From the NCBI RefSeq assembly GCF_009914755.1, contig NC_060926.1: a stretch of DNA of 64,000 bases, one strand, 5' to 3'. The translations under genes and the position numbers were made by a program. Under the pieces are notes generated by a model. That model did not search any database and was not told the origin of the DNA. It was given only the letters and a program-made list of their open reading frames with translations. Origin of the DNA: the human T2T-CHM13v2.0 reference genome, Homo sapiens. Positions within the stretch are counted from its first letter, which is position 1; each line of letters starts with the position of its first letter. Below, piece after piece: positions 40,929 through 56,018 of this stretch.

Positions 40929-41164
40929 TATATTTATTAAAAGTTCATTTTTAGCCCCTTTTCTATATTTGCACAATTTCAACCAGGTTTCTAACCAGAC
41001 ACTTGTTTCTTGGCAGTTTGATATGTTTACTATGCATGAATAGTGACAAAATATATAAAAATTATCAATTATTTAAAAATGAATGATTTATTCAGAATTC
41101 ATGTGCAGCCAAATATGAGTTTAGATGGTTACTTCCCATTTAGTAAGCCAGGTGAAGCTGTAAT

Positions 41165-41850
41165 GATAATGAGAGTAGCAATAGCTGTTGCTTATAGAGA
41201 GCTTCCTCAGTGTCAGACATTGTTGTAAATACCACCTATATTTAACTCACAGAAACTTCATAACAAAGCTATGATATAGCTATTATTACTCCCATGACCA
41301 GATGAGAACATTGAGGCCGTGGAGAATGACTTGTCCAAGTGTTTTAGGCTGAAAAAGGGGCTGCTCCACCCAAAGATGTTCACATCCTAATCCCTTGAAC
41401 CTCTGAATACGTTACTTTACTTAGCAAAAGGGACTTTGCAGATAAAATTAACTTAAGAAAATTGAGTTGGGCAGCTTGTTTTAGATTATCCAGGTGGGCC
41501 AAATATAATCACAAGAGTCCTTATAAAGAGGGAGGCAAGAAGGTCAGAGTCAGGACTGTGTGTAATGATGAAAGAGAGGTCAGAGCGATGTGGGAACATG
41601 AGCCAAGGAATGTGGGCAGTCTCTAGAAGTTGGAAAAAGCAAGGAAAAATAATCTCTGCTAGAGCCTCCTGAAGGAACTAAGTCCTGCTGGCACCTCAGT
41701 TTTTAGTAATTTGTTATAACAAAAATAGGAAACTAATAAATCAAGTGACTCACCTGAGTTCACTCAATTTGTTTAAGAGTGGGAATAGAGGGAGCTTGAA
41801 TTCTTATCAAGACAATTTGATTCCAAAATCTTTACCTTTAACCACCATAC
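41165..41850 (-). mobile_element. MIR split by the MLT1D LTR
   Basis: cttcataacaaagctatga...gatgagaacattgaggcc...gacttgtccaag on the left. MIR continues after 41745. Confidence 0.55.
41340..41740 (+). mobile_element. MLT1D-type MaLR LTR, internally deleted
   Basis: cccaaagatgttcacatcctaatccc, caaaagggactttgcagat, gattatccaggtgggcc, ending aataggaaactaataaa. TSD ccaag/tcaag. Confidence 0.85.
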
Positions 41851-41958
41851 ACTATAATTCATTCTAAATTTGCTAGCTAATATTTAATTAATGTGAATAA
41901 CAATGTTCATCTCACAAAGCATTTGTGATAATTAATTATTAAAAGTCCTGAAATGTGT

Positions 41959-42438
41959 TGTGGTAGACTGAAAAAAATGTGGCTGCGATATTTGTAGCTC
42001 ATTCCATAAAGAGATGGCATCAGTTTCCTTGCCTCTGGAAGCCAGGCTATCTTGTGACTCACTCTGGCAATAGAATGGGGGTAAAAGTGATGTTGTGTGA
42101 ATTCCTTGTGGCTTGTACACTTGTGTCTTGGAATGCCTTTGCCATCATATAAACAAGATCAGTCTAGTCTACTGGAGGATGAGAGGCCACGTTGGAGAGA
42201 ACCAAGGAGACCCAGCCAATAGACAGAGCCAATCACCAGACCTGTAAATGAGACCGTTTTCAACATTTCTACCCCAGCTGAAATTCTACCTCAATGCAGA
42301 CGCATGATTAAGCCCAGGCAAGTTGAGCAGAATGTTTCAGCCAACCCACAGAATCATGAGAAACAATAAATGGATTTTTGTTATTAGCCACTAACTTTTA
42401 GGGTGACTAGTTATAAAGCAATAGATATCTGATAAACA
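41959..42438 (+). mobile_element. MLT1G/H-type MaLR LTR
   Basis: tgtggtagactg, ctactggaggatgagaggccacgttggagag, cagccaacccacagaatcatgagaaacaataaatg, gcaatagatatctga. Confidence 0.8.
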
Positions 42439-42639
42439 TATAAGGTGATTACAATATGATTTATTTTCCTCTTTTAAAGTAAGAAAATACTCAATTTCTT
42501 AAAAGCCAGTGAGCAAAAGAGCAGCAAACATTGGTTTGATGCTGACTTAAATTAATTCCTTCTCTTAACTTCAGGTCCTGGAAAATATGAATATGTTAAA
42601 TATGTCTTCAAGGGTGTTAGAAATCTTACGTATTTAATT

Positions 42640-42800
42640 TTTTCAATAACCAGTCAGAATCTTCATTGTATGATAAGGAAATTGCGGCACAGAGAGATTG
42701 ACTCACTTGTCTGAGGGCATAGAGCTAGAAAGAAGTTGAGACGGGTTTGTAACTTAGATCTGTCTGGCACAAAAGTACGTTTTTCCCCCTAAGCTCAGCT
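42640..42800 (-). mobile_element. MIR SINE
   Basis: gataaggaaattgcggcacagagagattgactcacttgtctgagggcatagagctag. Confidence 0.6.
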
Positions 42801-43531
42801 GAAAATGTTCTTAGCAGTCCCTACAGACATCATTTTGCTCTTGTAAATGTCTTCAACTAGTTTTCATCAGTGAGTGGAAAATAGCCAGGATATGATATTC
42901 TACAACATCTCCCTTAACATTCAAATCCACTGGTAACAGTTGCCAGGCAAAATGTCTTATGCTAAAATTACCTGTCTTATGAGAAGTTAAAATAGTTTTA
43001 AAGAGTCTTCTCCTCTCAACATGCCTTATATTGTTAACTTTACTCATTTTTTCCCTTTCTGAAATATAATGTGAAGAAAATTTATATCTTAAACAGAAAG
43101 CTCTGGTGTTTTAAATTGCAATTGGAGATTCAAAACAATTGGAGAAGGAAAGGTACAGTCAGTTGAGATCATCTGTTATCCTTGCAGAATCCATTTGGAA
43201 GCACACACAGAACATGGGGGAGAAAAATCCTTCTGGTTGTTTTCTGCCATTTTCCCTGTCTCTCGTTTTTGTCCTGTCACCATTTTCAATCAAACAGAGT
43301 ATATGAGAACATTGGCCTTGATTCAGAAAAAGAATGGAAGAATGTCTAAAACATATGAACATCCCTTTCTCAGAAAGAGCTGTTCACAATCCACACAATA
43401 TAATAAACTGAATTATTTTGCTATAGAATCATTTTTGAATAATTCTTTGTTTTTCTCTTAAAAGAGTACTTCCTATACACTAATTACAAAATAAAAATTA
43501 AAAGAGAGTAAATAAGGAAAAAATTAGTTAT

Positions 43532-45428
43532 TGTATTAATTTGTTTTCACACTGCTGATAAAGACATACTGGAAACCAGGAAGAAAAAGAAAGTTAATTA
43601 GACTTACAGTTCCATATGGCTGGGGGGGTCCTCAGAATCATGGTGGGACATGAAAGGCACTTCTTACACGGTGGCGGCAAGAGAAAATGAGGAAGAAGCA
43701 AAGCAGAAACCCCAGATAAACCAATCAGATCTCATGAGACTTATTCACTATCATGAAAATAACACGGGAAAGGTTGGCCCCCATGATTCAATTACCTCCC
43801 CCTAGGTCCCACAACACATTGGAATTCTGGAAGATACAATTCAAGTCAAGATTTTGATGGAGACACAGCCAAACCATATCATTCTGCCCCGGCCCCTCCA
43901 AATCTCATGTCCTCACATTTCAAAACCAATCATGCCTTTCTGACAGTTCCCCAAAGTTTTAACTCATTTCAGCATTAACTCAAGAGTCCACAGTCCAAAG
44001 TCTCATCTGAGATAAGGCAAATCCCTTCTGCCTATGAGCCTGTAAATCAAAAACAAGCTAATTACTTCCTAGATACAATGGGGGTACAGGTATTGGGTAA
44101 ATACAGTTGTTCCAAGTGGGAGAAATTGGCCAAAACAAACGGGTTACAGGCCTCATGCATGTCTGAAATCCAGCGGGGCAGTCAAGTTTTAAAGCTCCAA
44201 AATGATCTCCTTTGACTCCAGGTCTCACATCCAGGTCATGCTGATGCAAAAGATGGGTTCCCATGGTCTTAGGCAGCTCAACCCCTGTGGCTTTGTAGGG
44301 TACAGCCTCCCTCCCTGCTGCTTTCACAGGCTGGCATTGAGTGTCTGTGGCTTTTCCAGGCACATGGTGCAAGCTGTCAGTGGATCTACCATTCTGGGGT
44401 CTGGAGGATGGGGGCCAACTTCTCACAGCTCCATTAGGCAATGCCCCAGTAGGGACTCTGTGTGGGGGCTCTGATTCTGTATTTCCCTTCCACGCTGCCC
44501 TAGCAGAGGTTCTCCATGAGGGCCCCACCCCTGAAGAAAACTTTTGCCTGGGCATCCAGGCATCGGAGGTTCCCAAAGCTCAATTCTTGACTTTTGTGCA
44601 TCGGCAGGCTCAACACCATGTAGAACCTGCCAAGCCTTGGGGGTCCACCCTCTGAAGCCACAGCCCAAATTCTACATTGGCCCCTTTCAGCCATGGCTAG
44701 AGCATCTGGGACACAGGGTACATGTCCCTAGGCTGCACACAACACAGGGACCCTGGGCCTAGCTCACAAAATCACTTTTTCCTCCAGGGCCTCTGAGCCT
44801 GTATGGGAGGGGCTGCTGTGAAGTTCTCTGACACGGCCTGGAGACCTTTTCCCCATGGTCTTGGGATTAACATTAGGCTCCTTGCTATTTATGCAAATTT
44901 CTGCAGCTGGCTTGAATTTCCTCTCAAAAATAATGGGATTTTCTTTTCTACTGCATCATCAGGCTGCAAAATTTCTGAACTTTTATGCTGTTTCCCTTTT
45001 AAAATTGAATGCCTTTAACAGCACCCAAGTCACCTCTTGAATGCTTTGCTGCTTAGAAATTTCTTCCACCACATATCCTAAATCATTTCTCTCAAGTTCA
45101 AAGTTCCACAAGTCTCTAAGGCAGGGACAAACTGCCACAGTCTTTTGGCTAAAACATAACAAGAGTCACCTTTGTTCCAATTCTCAATAGGTTCCTCATC
45201 TCCATCTGAGACCACCTCAGCCTGGATCTTATTGTTCATATCACTATCAGCATTTTTGTCAAAGCCATTCAACAAGTCTCTGGGAGGTTCGAAACTTTCA
45301 CACATTTTCCTATCTTCTTCTGAGCCTTCAAAACTGTTCCAAGCTCTGCCTGTTAGCCAGTTCCAAAGTTGCTTCCACATTTTTGGGTATGTTTTCAGCA
45401 ATACCTGACTCTACTGGTACCAGTTTAC
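43532..45428 (-). mobile_element. THE1 (THE1C-like) MaLR provirus: 3' LTR (43532-43881) plus internal region (43882-45428); 5' LTR absent
   Basis: LTR runs tgtattaatttgttttcacactgctgataaagacatac to aaaccatatca. The PPT side ttctgccccggcccc follows, then THE1-int through ctactggtaccagtttac. Degraded internal ORF pieces, e.g. EGSEEDRKM...LLNGFDKNADSDM. Confidence 0.93.
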
Positions 45429-45599
45429 TCATAGTCCAACATATAGAGCTGATTTTCCTTGATATGTTAATATATTTTATTTCAGCTTTTAATATAATCT
45501 GGACACCTTTTTTTCATTGAAGAGCTAATTTTGTATCTTTAATTTTTCTTATTATGACATAAGCTTTTCAAATTTATTATAAACTCTTTATAGAGGTCA

Positions 45600-45812
45600 A
45601 TGCAGTTTATCATGTGGTGGTACATCTCCCCTCTGCTTGAGAACATTAAACGATATTGAGGGGGCTTTTGGTTGTAACAGTGATTGAGGGTCCACTGGCA
45701 TTTAGCACCAGGAGCTCAGGAATGCTAAACTTCTTGCAATGTGCAAGACAGTCTTGAAATTTAAAACTAATTGCTCTACCCAAGTACATTAATATCTCAA
45801 TTGAGAATACTG
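45600..45812 (+). mobile_element. MER20-like hAT DNA transposon remnant
   Basis: ttttggttgtaacag, actggcatttag, caggaatgctaaacttcttgcaatgtgcaagacag, ending ttgagaatactg. Confidence 0.65.
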
Positions 45813-45844
45813 AATGTGGACTATTATTATGATTTTATAATGAA

Positions 45845-48325
<2,481 letters not shown>

Positions 48326-48361
<36 letters not shown>

Positions 48362-48431
48362 CACATACATATACACATATATACATATATATGTATGTGT
48401 ATATATATGTGTATGTGTGTATATATATATA
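48326..48431. repeat. Compound (TC)8(TA)n/(TACA/TGTA) microsatellite
   Basis: Directly visible at the L1 3' end. Confidence 0.92.
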
Positions 48432-50939
48432 AACTCAAGAAAGCAATATGACTTCTCTGGGTAGCATTTTGTAAATTTTGGACGATCCCTCTGTTGTTTA
48501 CAATAATCGGTAAGACATTATTCAAATTTAATGGGCCAAAGACAGGATTGGGTTGCCAACTGTGAAACTACTAAACACACCCCATGCACTCAACCATTTG
48601 CCCATTCATGTAGGTAAAACAAACAAACAAAAAAACCCACTTATAATTATTTAGGAATAAAAACCCAACCTCATTTTACATATAAGTACAAAGTAATGTT
48701 TTCATGGTTTTAATATGCAATACATGAAGATACTTCTGTTCTGTACTGAAGGAAGATTGTAAATTATTTTTCTTGAAACTTTACTAAGACTTGCTGTGCT
48801 CTATTGGAAAAATCATGTAAACAAAGGCATCAGTGCAAATGAAATTTGAATATCTAATACAAAACAGAAGTCAGTTTGTGTTTGTCGCTATCACATATAC
48901 AGTGATTCTATACTTATGCACAAATATCTAATACATTATATCTTTTAGGGTGGTTATTTTTCAGTATTCATGTCTTAAAACATCTATTATTTGTCATAAC
49001 TGCCTGTTACTTTTTTTTATGTTACATGAAAAATTCTACTTACTTTTCGAAAACTTGTATATAAGTAGGTAGTATAACTTATCCATTATAATTCCAGATA
49101 ACAAAGAAAGTATTCAACTATTTATTATAAAACGGATTTGGATCTGATTGCATTGAATACCACTAACTTCATATAATAAACTGAACTAGGGACAGAAACT
49201 TTAACAGAGACAACAAATCGTCTACCAAAACTGTCAACTACTGTTCTATAGTATGCAGTTGTTTCTGGGAAGTGCTTGCCCAGAATGGAACAATATTGTA
49301 AAATCCTTCCTGCTTCTAAGCAAGCTGATGTGACAGTTTTCAGCACTGTAATATTGCAAAATGGGTAAGCCTTCCTCACCTCCCTGTGCCCTGGCTAGAA
49401 ATCAGGAACTTCATAGACTTGGGCATGGATCAGTTACAAGTTAGAAAGAACCAAATCCCAGAATTAAGACGGTGAAGACTTTCTGACCACCAAGGTACAT
49501 CTATGTTGGACTCTCCAGGAGGGAGAAATTAACTTCTATTTTGATAAGTCATTGCAATTTGGGGGATTTTGCTATAACAATAATCATTACCAAACTAACA
49601 CACAGAATCCACGTTTATCACTGACTAAATTGAGAAAGCCACTTACTGGGTCTTCTTTTTTTTTTTTTTTTTTCTTAATCTTTAAAAGGAAGTAAAACAT
49701 AATGAAAACCTTATGGGGCTATTGTGGGATTTAAGTAAGATCATACTTAGAAAAAAAGCACTTGCACTTAGTAAGCCTAACTTCAGTTGCCTGGGGCATT
49801 GCCCTTTTTATTCCAATTTGTATATTTATTTACCTGCAATTTAACTTCTAACATCCAATAATGAAACCTAGACCTCAATTTCATTTAACTAGACTAGGTT
49901 GTAACTAAGGCTCTGGAATGCGTCTGTCAAATCCCAAGATTGCCAGGTCATAGGGTCTCCTTTTTTGTTCTTTCTATTAAATGTGTCATTTGAAATATAG
50001 ATAGCCATCACTTTCTCTCTGAATCAAGTCTCACAGAGTAGTGACTGTTGGATATTTTGCTTCACTTATTTATCAGAAAAATATATCATTTATTTTGTGA
50101 CCAAAATGGTAATTGTTACTGATGTGCATCACATTTTCCCCAAACTGTGGAGAATTTACATCATTCATGCAGTGTAGAGGTAGAAAAGGTTCAAGGTTCA
50201 AATCCTGTGTAAAACTCTTGCATAAGCTCCCAAGGGGGCTTCCAGACTGCGTTTTTGCTCATGATGAAAATACAGGCATTTGTTTAAAAATTGTGTAGAA
50301 GCTATGAATATGGAAAAGATGAGGCTAATGCCAGTGCATGCGTCAGCCACTCCATGTTTTATTCAGAGCCATGGCTCACAGACCCAGAGACCTTGCGACA
50401 CACCCTTGCCTGAAATGCCATGCTGCCTATGGGCAAGAGTCAGCAAGCACTTTCAAATAGAGTGCTTTGTTTTCAAATAATACCTATTTCAAAATTTCCC
50501 AGATGACCAATTTTGGAAGCAAACAAAGTTGCCAAAAGTTAAGAAGGAGTCTGTATAGCTGGTCAAAAATCTTCAAATTTTTCTGACTGATCACAATAAG
50601 TATTTTTCGGCACACTATGAAAACAACAATTGCACTTATTTACGTTAAAGACACAGGAAGCAAATAATTTGATTGCATATTAAGAATTTCTCAAGCACTT
50701 CAATTAATCATTTTCTCATCATCTTAACACTCTACAATGGTGCATTGTTTCCTACAGAAATGGCTTCAAATTATTTGGGGCAAAAAAAGTCTTTGAATAG
50801 TTCATCACAGTTTTGTAAGTCGTCTTCCTTTCTCCCTCTTCCCAACACATAATATGCGTATGTAGGCAAAATATATGACATTTCGGGTAGCTTATGAACT
50901 CTTAACATCAGCACATGGACTCTAGCATCGGATCCACTG

Positions 50940-51436
50940 GCCTTCAGGGTAAATGTCCACCTACCTGCTCAGCCTGCTTTCAAATTCTTTTATTTGCTCC
51001 TTACCTTCCCAAGCAGACCCTTCTCACTTTGCTCACCCTATGCCGCCTTCACCTCTAGGTGACCACACACCACATCAGTCTCTGAATACACTGACATGTT
51101 CATGCATCTGTGCCTTTGCACATCCCATTCTTGACCTGAAAAGGCCATCTTCTCACCATCATCTGATTCATTATTCTTCAATACATTACCTCAGATTCCT
51201 TTTCTTCCATAAAACCTAGTTTTCCATGTGCTTTTTCTTGCTACCTTCTCTGTGCCCTGATAGCACAGTCTGTGCACCTCTGTTCAAGCACTCATCACTC
51301 TATACCATATTCATTCTGGCTCCTTCCAGGCATGGAATGAATTCTATTAAAATCTGTATCTCTAACCTCCAACATAAAGTGTGTTATAAATAGAGATGAT
51401 CAATGAAAGTCTGTAGAATGAATGAATGAATGAATG
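50940..51436 (+). mobile_element. L2 LINE 3' end with (GAAT)n tail
   Basis: tgtgcctttgcacatcccattc and ctgtatctctaacctccaacata, ending gaatgaatgaatgaatgaatga. Confidence 0.7.
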
Positions 51437-52116
51437 ACGGAATGGCCTCTCTTACATTTTGAAGACAGAGAGGACTTAGGCTTAACTGTGAACAACTGAA
51501 ACGAATAACAGATCCCAGTATCACCAGCAAAGCCTCGGTGTGCTTTACTGCAGAACAGCAAGTGCCAAGCTAATTTAATTGGGTTATTTCAGATCAAATA
51601 AAAGGCAAGGTCAAGAGAAGAGAACAGAAGCAAGCAAAGTGTCAATGTTAGATTAAAACATAGTGGCCAATAAAATCATCAGGTGAAAAATGAATGCCAA
51701 TTTTCATGGTGTTCAACCAGTCTTTATGAGATGAAAACAAGCTGCAGGCACACTTTTTTTTTTTTTTAAGTAAAAACAAACCTAATAAGCAGAAGGACTG
51801 AGTTGAGCCCCTAGGGGAGGAGTGGGTTGCTGTTCTCATTGGGGTGTGGAAGCTGGGTAACAGCACATATTTTTTTACAGATCTCTCTTTCTCACTAACA
51901 GAAGAGTGAAAGAGAGGACGTTAGAATATAAAGACAGAGCAGGTTTCCACAGCTATATCCTGCCCTCCCCTTCATTAAGCCTCCAGCCCCTCCAGGCCTA
52001 GTATGAACCTATTATCTTTTAGCCCAGAGTTCCCATGTCGAATGCTGACGAAGAGGGTTGGCAAGCCATAAAGAGGAAATCAGGAGGCCGGAATTCCAAT
52101 ATGTGCTGTAACTTAC

Positions 52117-52198
52117 CTGCTCGTGGAATGCTTGGTATGTTACACTTGCTATCCTCAATTTCTTTTTCAAGCTGGGCCATCATGTCTCTCTCACTGGA
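52117..52198 (-). other. Candidate spliced exon (82 nt) of an unidentified minus-strand transcript
   Basis: Minus strand reads tttcctgttttctccctctttcag|TCCAGTG...CGAGCAG|gtaagt. Both splice sites are near consensus. No transcript evidence is available here. Confidence 0.35.
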
Positions 52199-52677
52199 CT
52201 GAAAGAGGGAGAAAACAGGAAACTGGGCACTCCTGGAGAGTGCCTCTTGCCTCCCAGGCAGAGGCTGAATTCTATTAATATTTGTATTTCTAACCTCTAA
52301 CATAAAGTCTGGTATACGTAGAGACGATCATTGATAGTCTGTAGAATGTACATTTATTATATTGTATACTGCCGAGTCCATGTATGTACCCTTCATAAAA
52401 ATAGGAGCTCTTTGAAGGCGGGAACCAATTTTTACTTAATTTTACTTTCTAAGAGCCTGGAATGTAATAGATAACAAACGCTCACTGAAATGAAAAAGGA
52501 GGTATTCGGTGAACACCCAGTATAAAAATACATTATTTACTATGATAGTTCCTGAAGATTACAAGAAACAAACATGGTTTATTGATGTATAAGAAGATTG
52601 GCATCTTCCTATGTAGACAAAGGAGGCTACCTGGAAGGCATTAGCAAGCAATATGATATGGCATATCAATAAGTCCT

Positions 52678-53036
52678 TGTCTTAGCACAGGCTGTTCTAA
52701 AAATATCATAAACTGGGTGTCTTAAACAACACAAATTTATTTCTTATAGTTCTGGAAGCTAGAAGGTTAAGGACAGGGTGCCAGCATTGTTAGGGTCCTG
52801 GTGAGTACCCCATTTCTGGTTTATAGACACCCATCCTGTGTATGCTTATATGACATAGAGAGGGATAGCTAGCTTTCTAGCATCTTCTTATAAGAGCACT
52901 AATCCCATTCATGATGATTTCAGTTTCATGGACTAATTATCTCCCAAAGACCCCACTTCCTAATATCCTCACATTGTGATGAGGGTTTCAACATATGAAT
53001 TTCTGGAGAGAAGACACAAATATTCAGTCCATAGCA
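52678..53036 (-). mobile_element. MLT1A-type MaLR solo LTR
   Basis: tgtcttag, aaatttatttcttatagttctggaagctagaag, ending aaatattcagtccatagca. Perfect 5-bp TSD gtcct. Confidence 0.9.
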
Positions 53037-53664
53037 GTCCTAATGATTTAGAGCAGGAGATATTTGTTAAAGTATAATAATTGGGCAAAGTGGAATTTCA
53101 GTCCTTGGTTCATACATATCTTTTCAAATACCTTTTTAGGTAAATGAAAAATACCTTCCAATGACAAAATATTTCTGAATATATCAAATATGTTATTCTC
53201 CCACTTCATCAGGTAAATTGTATGAATGTGACTTTAATCCACTGGATGGAAGTTTTTTGAATTCCAGACACAAATACAGAAGCACAGTTACTAGTTTAAT
53301 TGAAACATCTGTTTTCAACTTCCTGAAAGGAACAGAAGAGGTTGCCAATGTACATACATATTTGAAGCAGGGCTTGTATTGCACACATGGATACAATATG
53401 CATTTGTAAAAATTTTCCAAGTGGTCTAATATCCCATTCAGGAAAAAGATGATGGAAGAATATGATACAGGAAGATGAGTAAGTCCTGCAACCGCCTTTT
53501 AGGAATTCAAGTTTCTAAGAGAGAGCAGAGATCACTGCTTAATAGTCAGTGTAAACCAGCTGCTGGCCATGTGATCAAATGTTTACCTATGGGTAATGTT
53601 TTAACCCCATTTCTCAGAAAGGAACAAAAGTCTCTAGTTCAAGTGGAGGGATAAGTTTGGATAT

Positions 53665-53830
53665 AAGTTTCCATAGTTCCAAATTCTGGCCTATTTTCTT
53701 TTACTAATTTGTTCAATGACTTTGACAAAGCACCTCATCATTTCATCATTCTGGGTCTCAGGTTTTTCATCTGCAAATTAAAAATTGCTAACAGGAACTG
53801 GGTCAAGGTCACTGGACTCTAGATCTCTTG
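53665..53830 (+). mobile_element. MIR SINE
   Basis: tgactttgacaaagcacctc and tctgggtctcaggtttttcatctgcaaatt. Confidence 0.6.
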
Positions 53831-54205
53831 AAATGATAATAGTCTTTAAATCAATAAGCAGGTAGCCAATCTCCAAAGAATTGAGAATGCAACCCACATT
53901 TCCTAAACAATACCCTAATTGTCTTAACAAGTTAATCACCTGGCACTTATTACAATCTCTACATTTTGGGTAGAGATTTATAGATGCAAGGACAGGGAAA
54001 AGCTAAACCTATTTTCTGACCTGAAGAAAATAAAGTAAAATGAAAGCATCCTAAGAATTTATGTTGGATCTTAACCCTGGTCATATTAATCCACTGAGCA
54101 ATAGAACAGACCAAAAAGGATCTGAGCCTAGCAACTCACCTTGCCTCTCAGCATGCTATGTCATCCAGAACACTGTCAGAATTAAGTAGTTAATACAGGT
54201 AACTG

Positions 54206-54572
54206 TGATATGGTTTAGCTCTGTGTTCCCATCTAAATCTCACATCAATTTGTAATCCCCACACATTGAGGGTGAGACCTGGTGGGAGGTGATTGGATTA
54301 TGGGGTCGGTTTTCACCATGTTGTTCTTGTGATAATGAGGGCGTTCTCAGGAGGTCTGATGGTTTTAAAAGTGGCAGTTTCCCCTGCTCTCTCTTTCTCT
54401 TCTGTCACCTTGTGAAGAAGGTGCCTGCTTCCCCTTCACCTTCCACTATGATTGTAAGTTTCCTGAGGCCTCCCCAGCCATGTTGAACTGTGAGTCAATT
54501 ACATCTACTTTCTTTATAAATTATCCAGTCTCAGGTAGTATCTTTATAGCAATGTGAGAACAGACTATTACA
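54206..54572 (+). mobile_element. THE1D/MSTA-type MaLR solo LTR
   Basis: tgatatggtttagctctgtgttccc, gtgaagaaggtgcctgcttcccctt, ending gtgagaacagactattaca. Confidence 0.92.
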
Positions 54573-55887
54573 ACATGTTACGTAACTTATGTGAGTTTTA
54601 GTTTTCTTGTTTACATTAAAGGGAAAATAATGACTATTCTCCTGTTAAGTATTAAATAAAACCCGTAAGTGAAGGATCTAGCATAGTACCTACAGGGCAT
54701 GGTAGATTAAAAATATAGTTGGTTTTACCATGCTACAGAATTGCCTTTGCAAAACAGTTCCTTTTAATGAAATGTGGCCTAATATCACTCTGCTTTCTAG
54801 ACCTTTATAGCTGCCTTTTCTTGCTGTGCCTACTGTTAGCACCAGGTACTTAGGTTTGCTTGAAACTTCCTAGCCATATTTTGAAAACCAAAAATCGTAT
54901 CCTTAACATGGGGTCCTGAGATCTATTTCTTTGTATTTTCATTCATCTCTGGCCCCGAGGCCACTCACTTACAGGCATCAGATTTTCTCTAAGCCCTCTG
55001 ATGTTGTCCAGGGAAGGACACACTTCAGGAGAGACAAATGAGGCGAGAAAATGGCAAGATTTTTTCTGAAAGGTCATGGAAGAAAATGTACAGACCAGTC
55101 TGTGGCATGACTGACCCACTGAGGCGAGCAGAGGTGGCACCTGGGCCGCCACCTCGGAGGGAGGTAGATGCCCTGGGAGGGTATGGGGAGGTGGAGGTGG
55201 GGAAGAAAGAGTGGCAGTGGTCAGGCTTCATACTGCCCTTCAAAGCACTGGAAACCCACAGAGCAACCGGAAATAGATTCCTCCAAGATCTCTGTCTCTT
55301 CACAAACATTTTTGCCAAGCATTCAAAGGAACTAAAGGCTTGTGATCCAAATCAGAGACTTATGAACTCCCTTCAATTTCTGGTTGACCTTTGAAGGAAA
55401 TTGACGCAAACATATTCTGAAAAACTCCAAAGTGCAGGAATAAAAAAGAGAGTGAAAGTTATGAGGAGGATGATTTCGACTCCACCTAACAGAAGTATCA
55501 CACAGAGCTGTCTGCAATGGGCTAGGTACATTGAGGATCTATTTAGTACAATGTAATTACTCATCAGTTAAGCCCAGAAGTTGACAATCAAATTCAAATA
55601 TCACATAAAAGGTGAAACAGATTTCTAATTGGTACTTGGCAACTTTGAGTTTCTAATGTTTTTGGCTTTTTTCTAAAATGAACATATAGTAGCCAAATAG
55701 GTATTAGGAGCCTTTATTCTTTCTTCTCACCCTCTTTCCGAGTGATATATATTTTCAGAGTTTCAGCAGCCCACAGATGTCTTACTCCTCTGTTGTCTCT
55801 GGAATTTAGACCTGCATATCCAATGCTTGTGGGGCATCTCCACAAGGGAGTCCCACAGGCACTGCAAACTACATATTCAAAATTAAA

Positions 55888-56018
55888 ATGTGAAGAATTA
55901 CTTAATGGGTACAGTACACATTATTTGGATAATGGTTACACTAAAGTCCAGACTTCATGACTATGTAATATATCTATGCCACAAAACTGTACTTCTCAAA
56001 TTGACACAAATGAAAAAG
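55888..56018 (+). mobile_element. L1MA/L1PB 3' end fragment followed by (GA)n
   Basis: aattacttaatgggtacagtacacattatttggataatggttacactaaagtccagacttc. GA repeat runs to about 56048. Confidence 0.7.

Noticed and set aside
44058-45408. Cluster of overlapping ORFs up to 172 aa
   Set aside because: They lie entirely within the THE1 internal region, and are fragments of the decayed MaLR ORF or its antisense.
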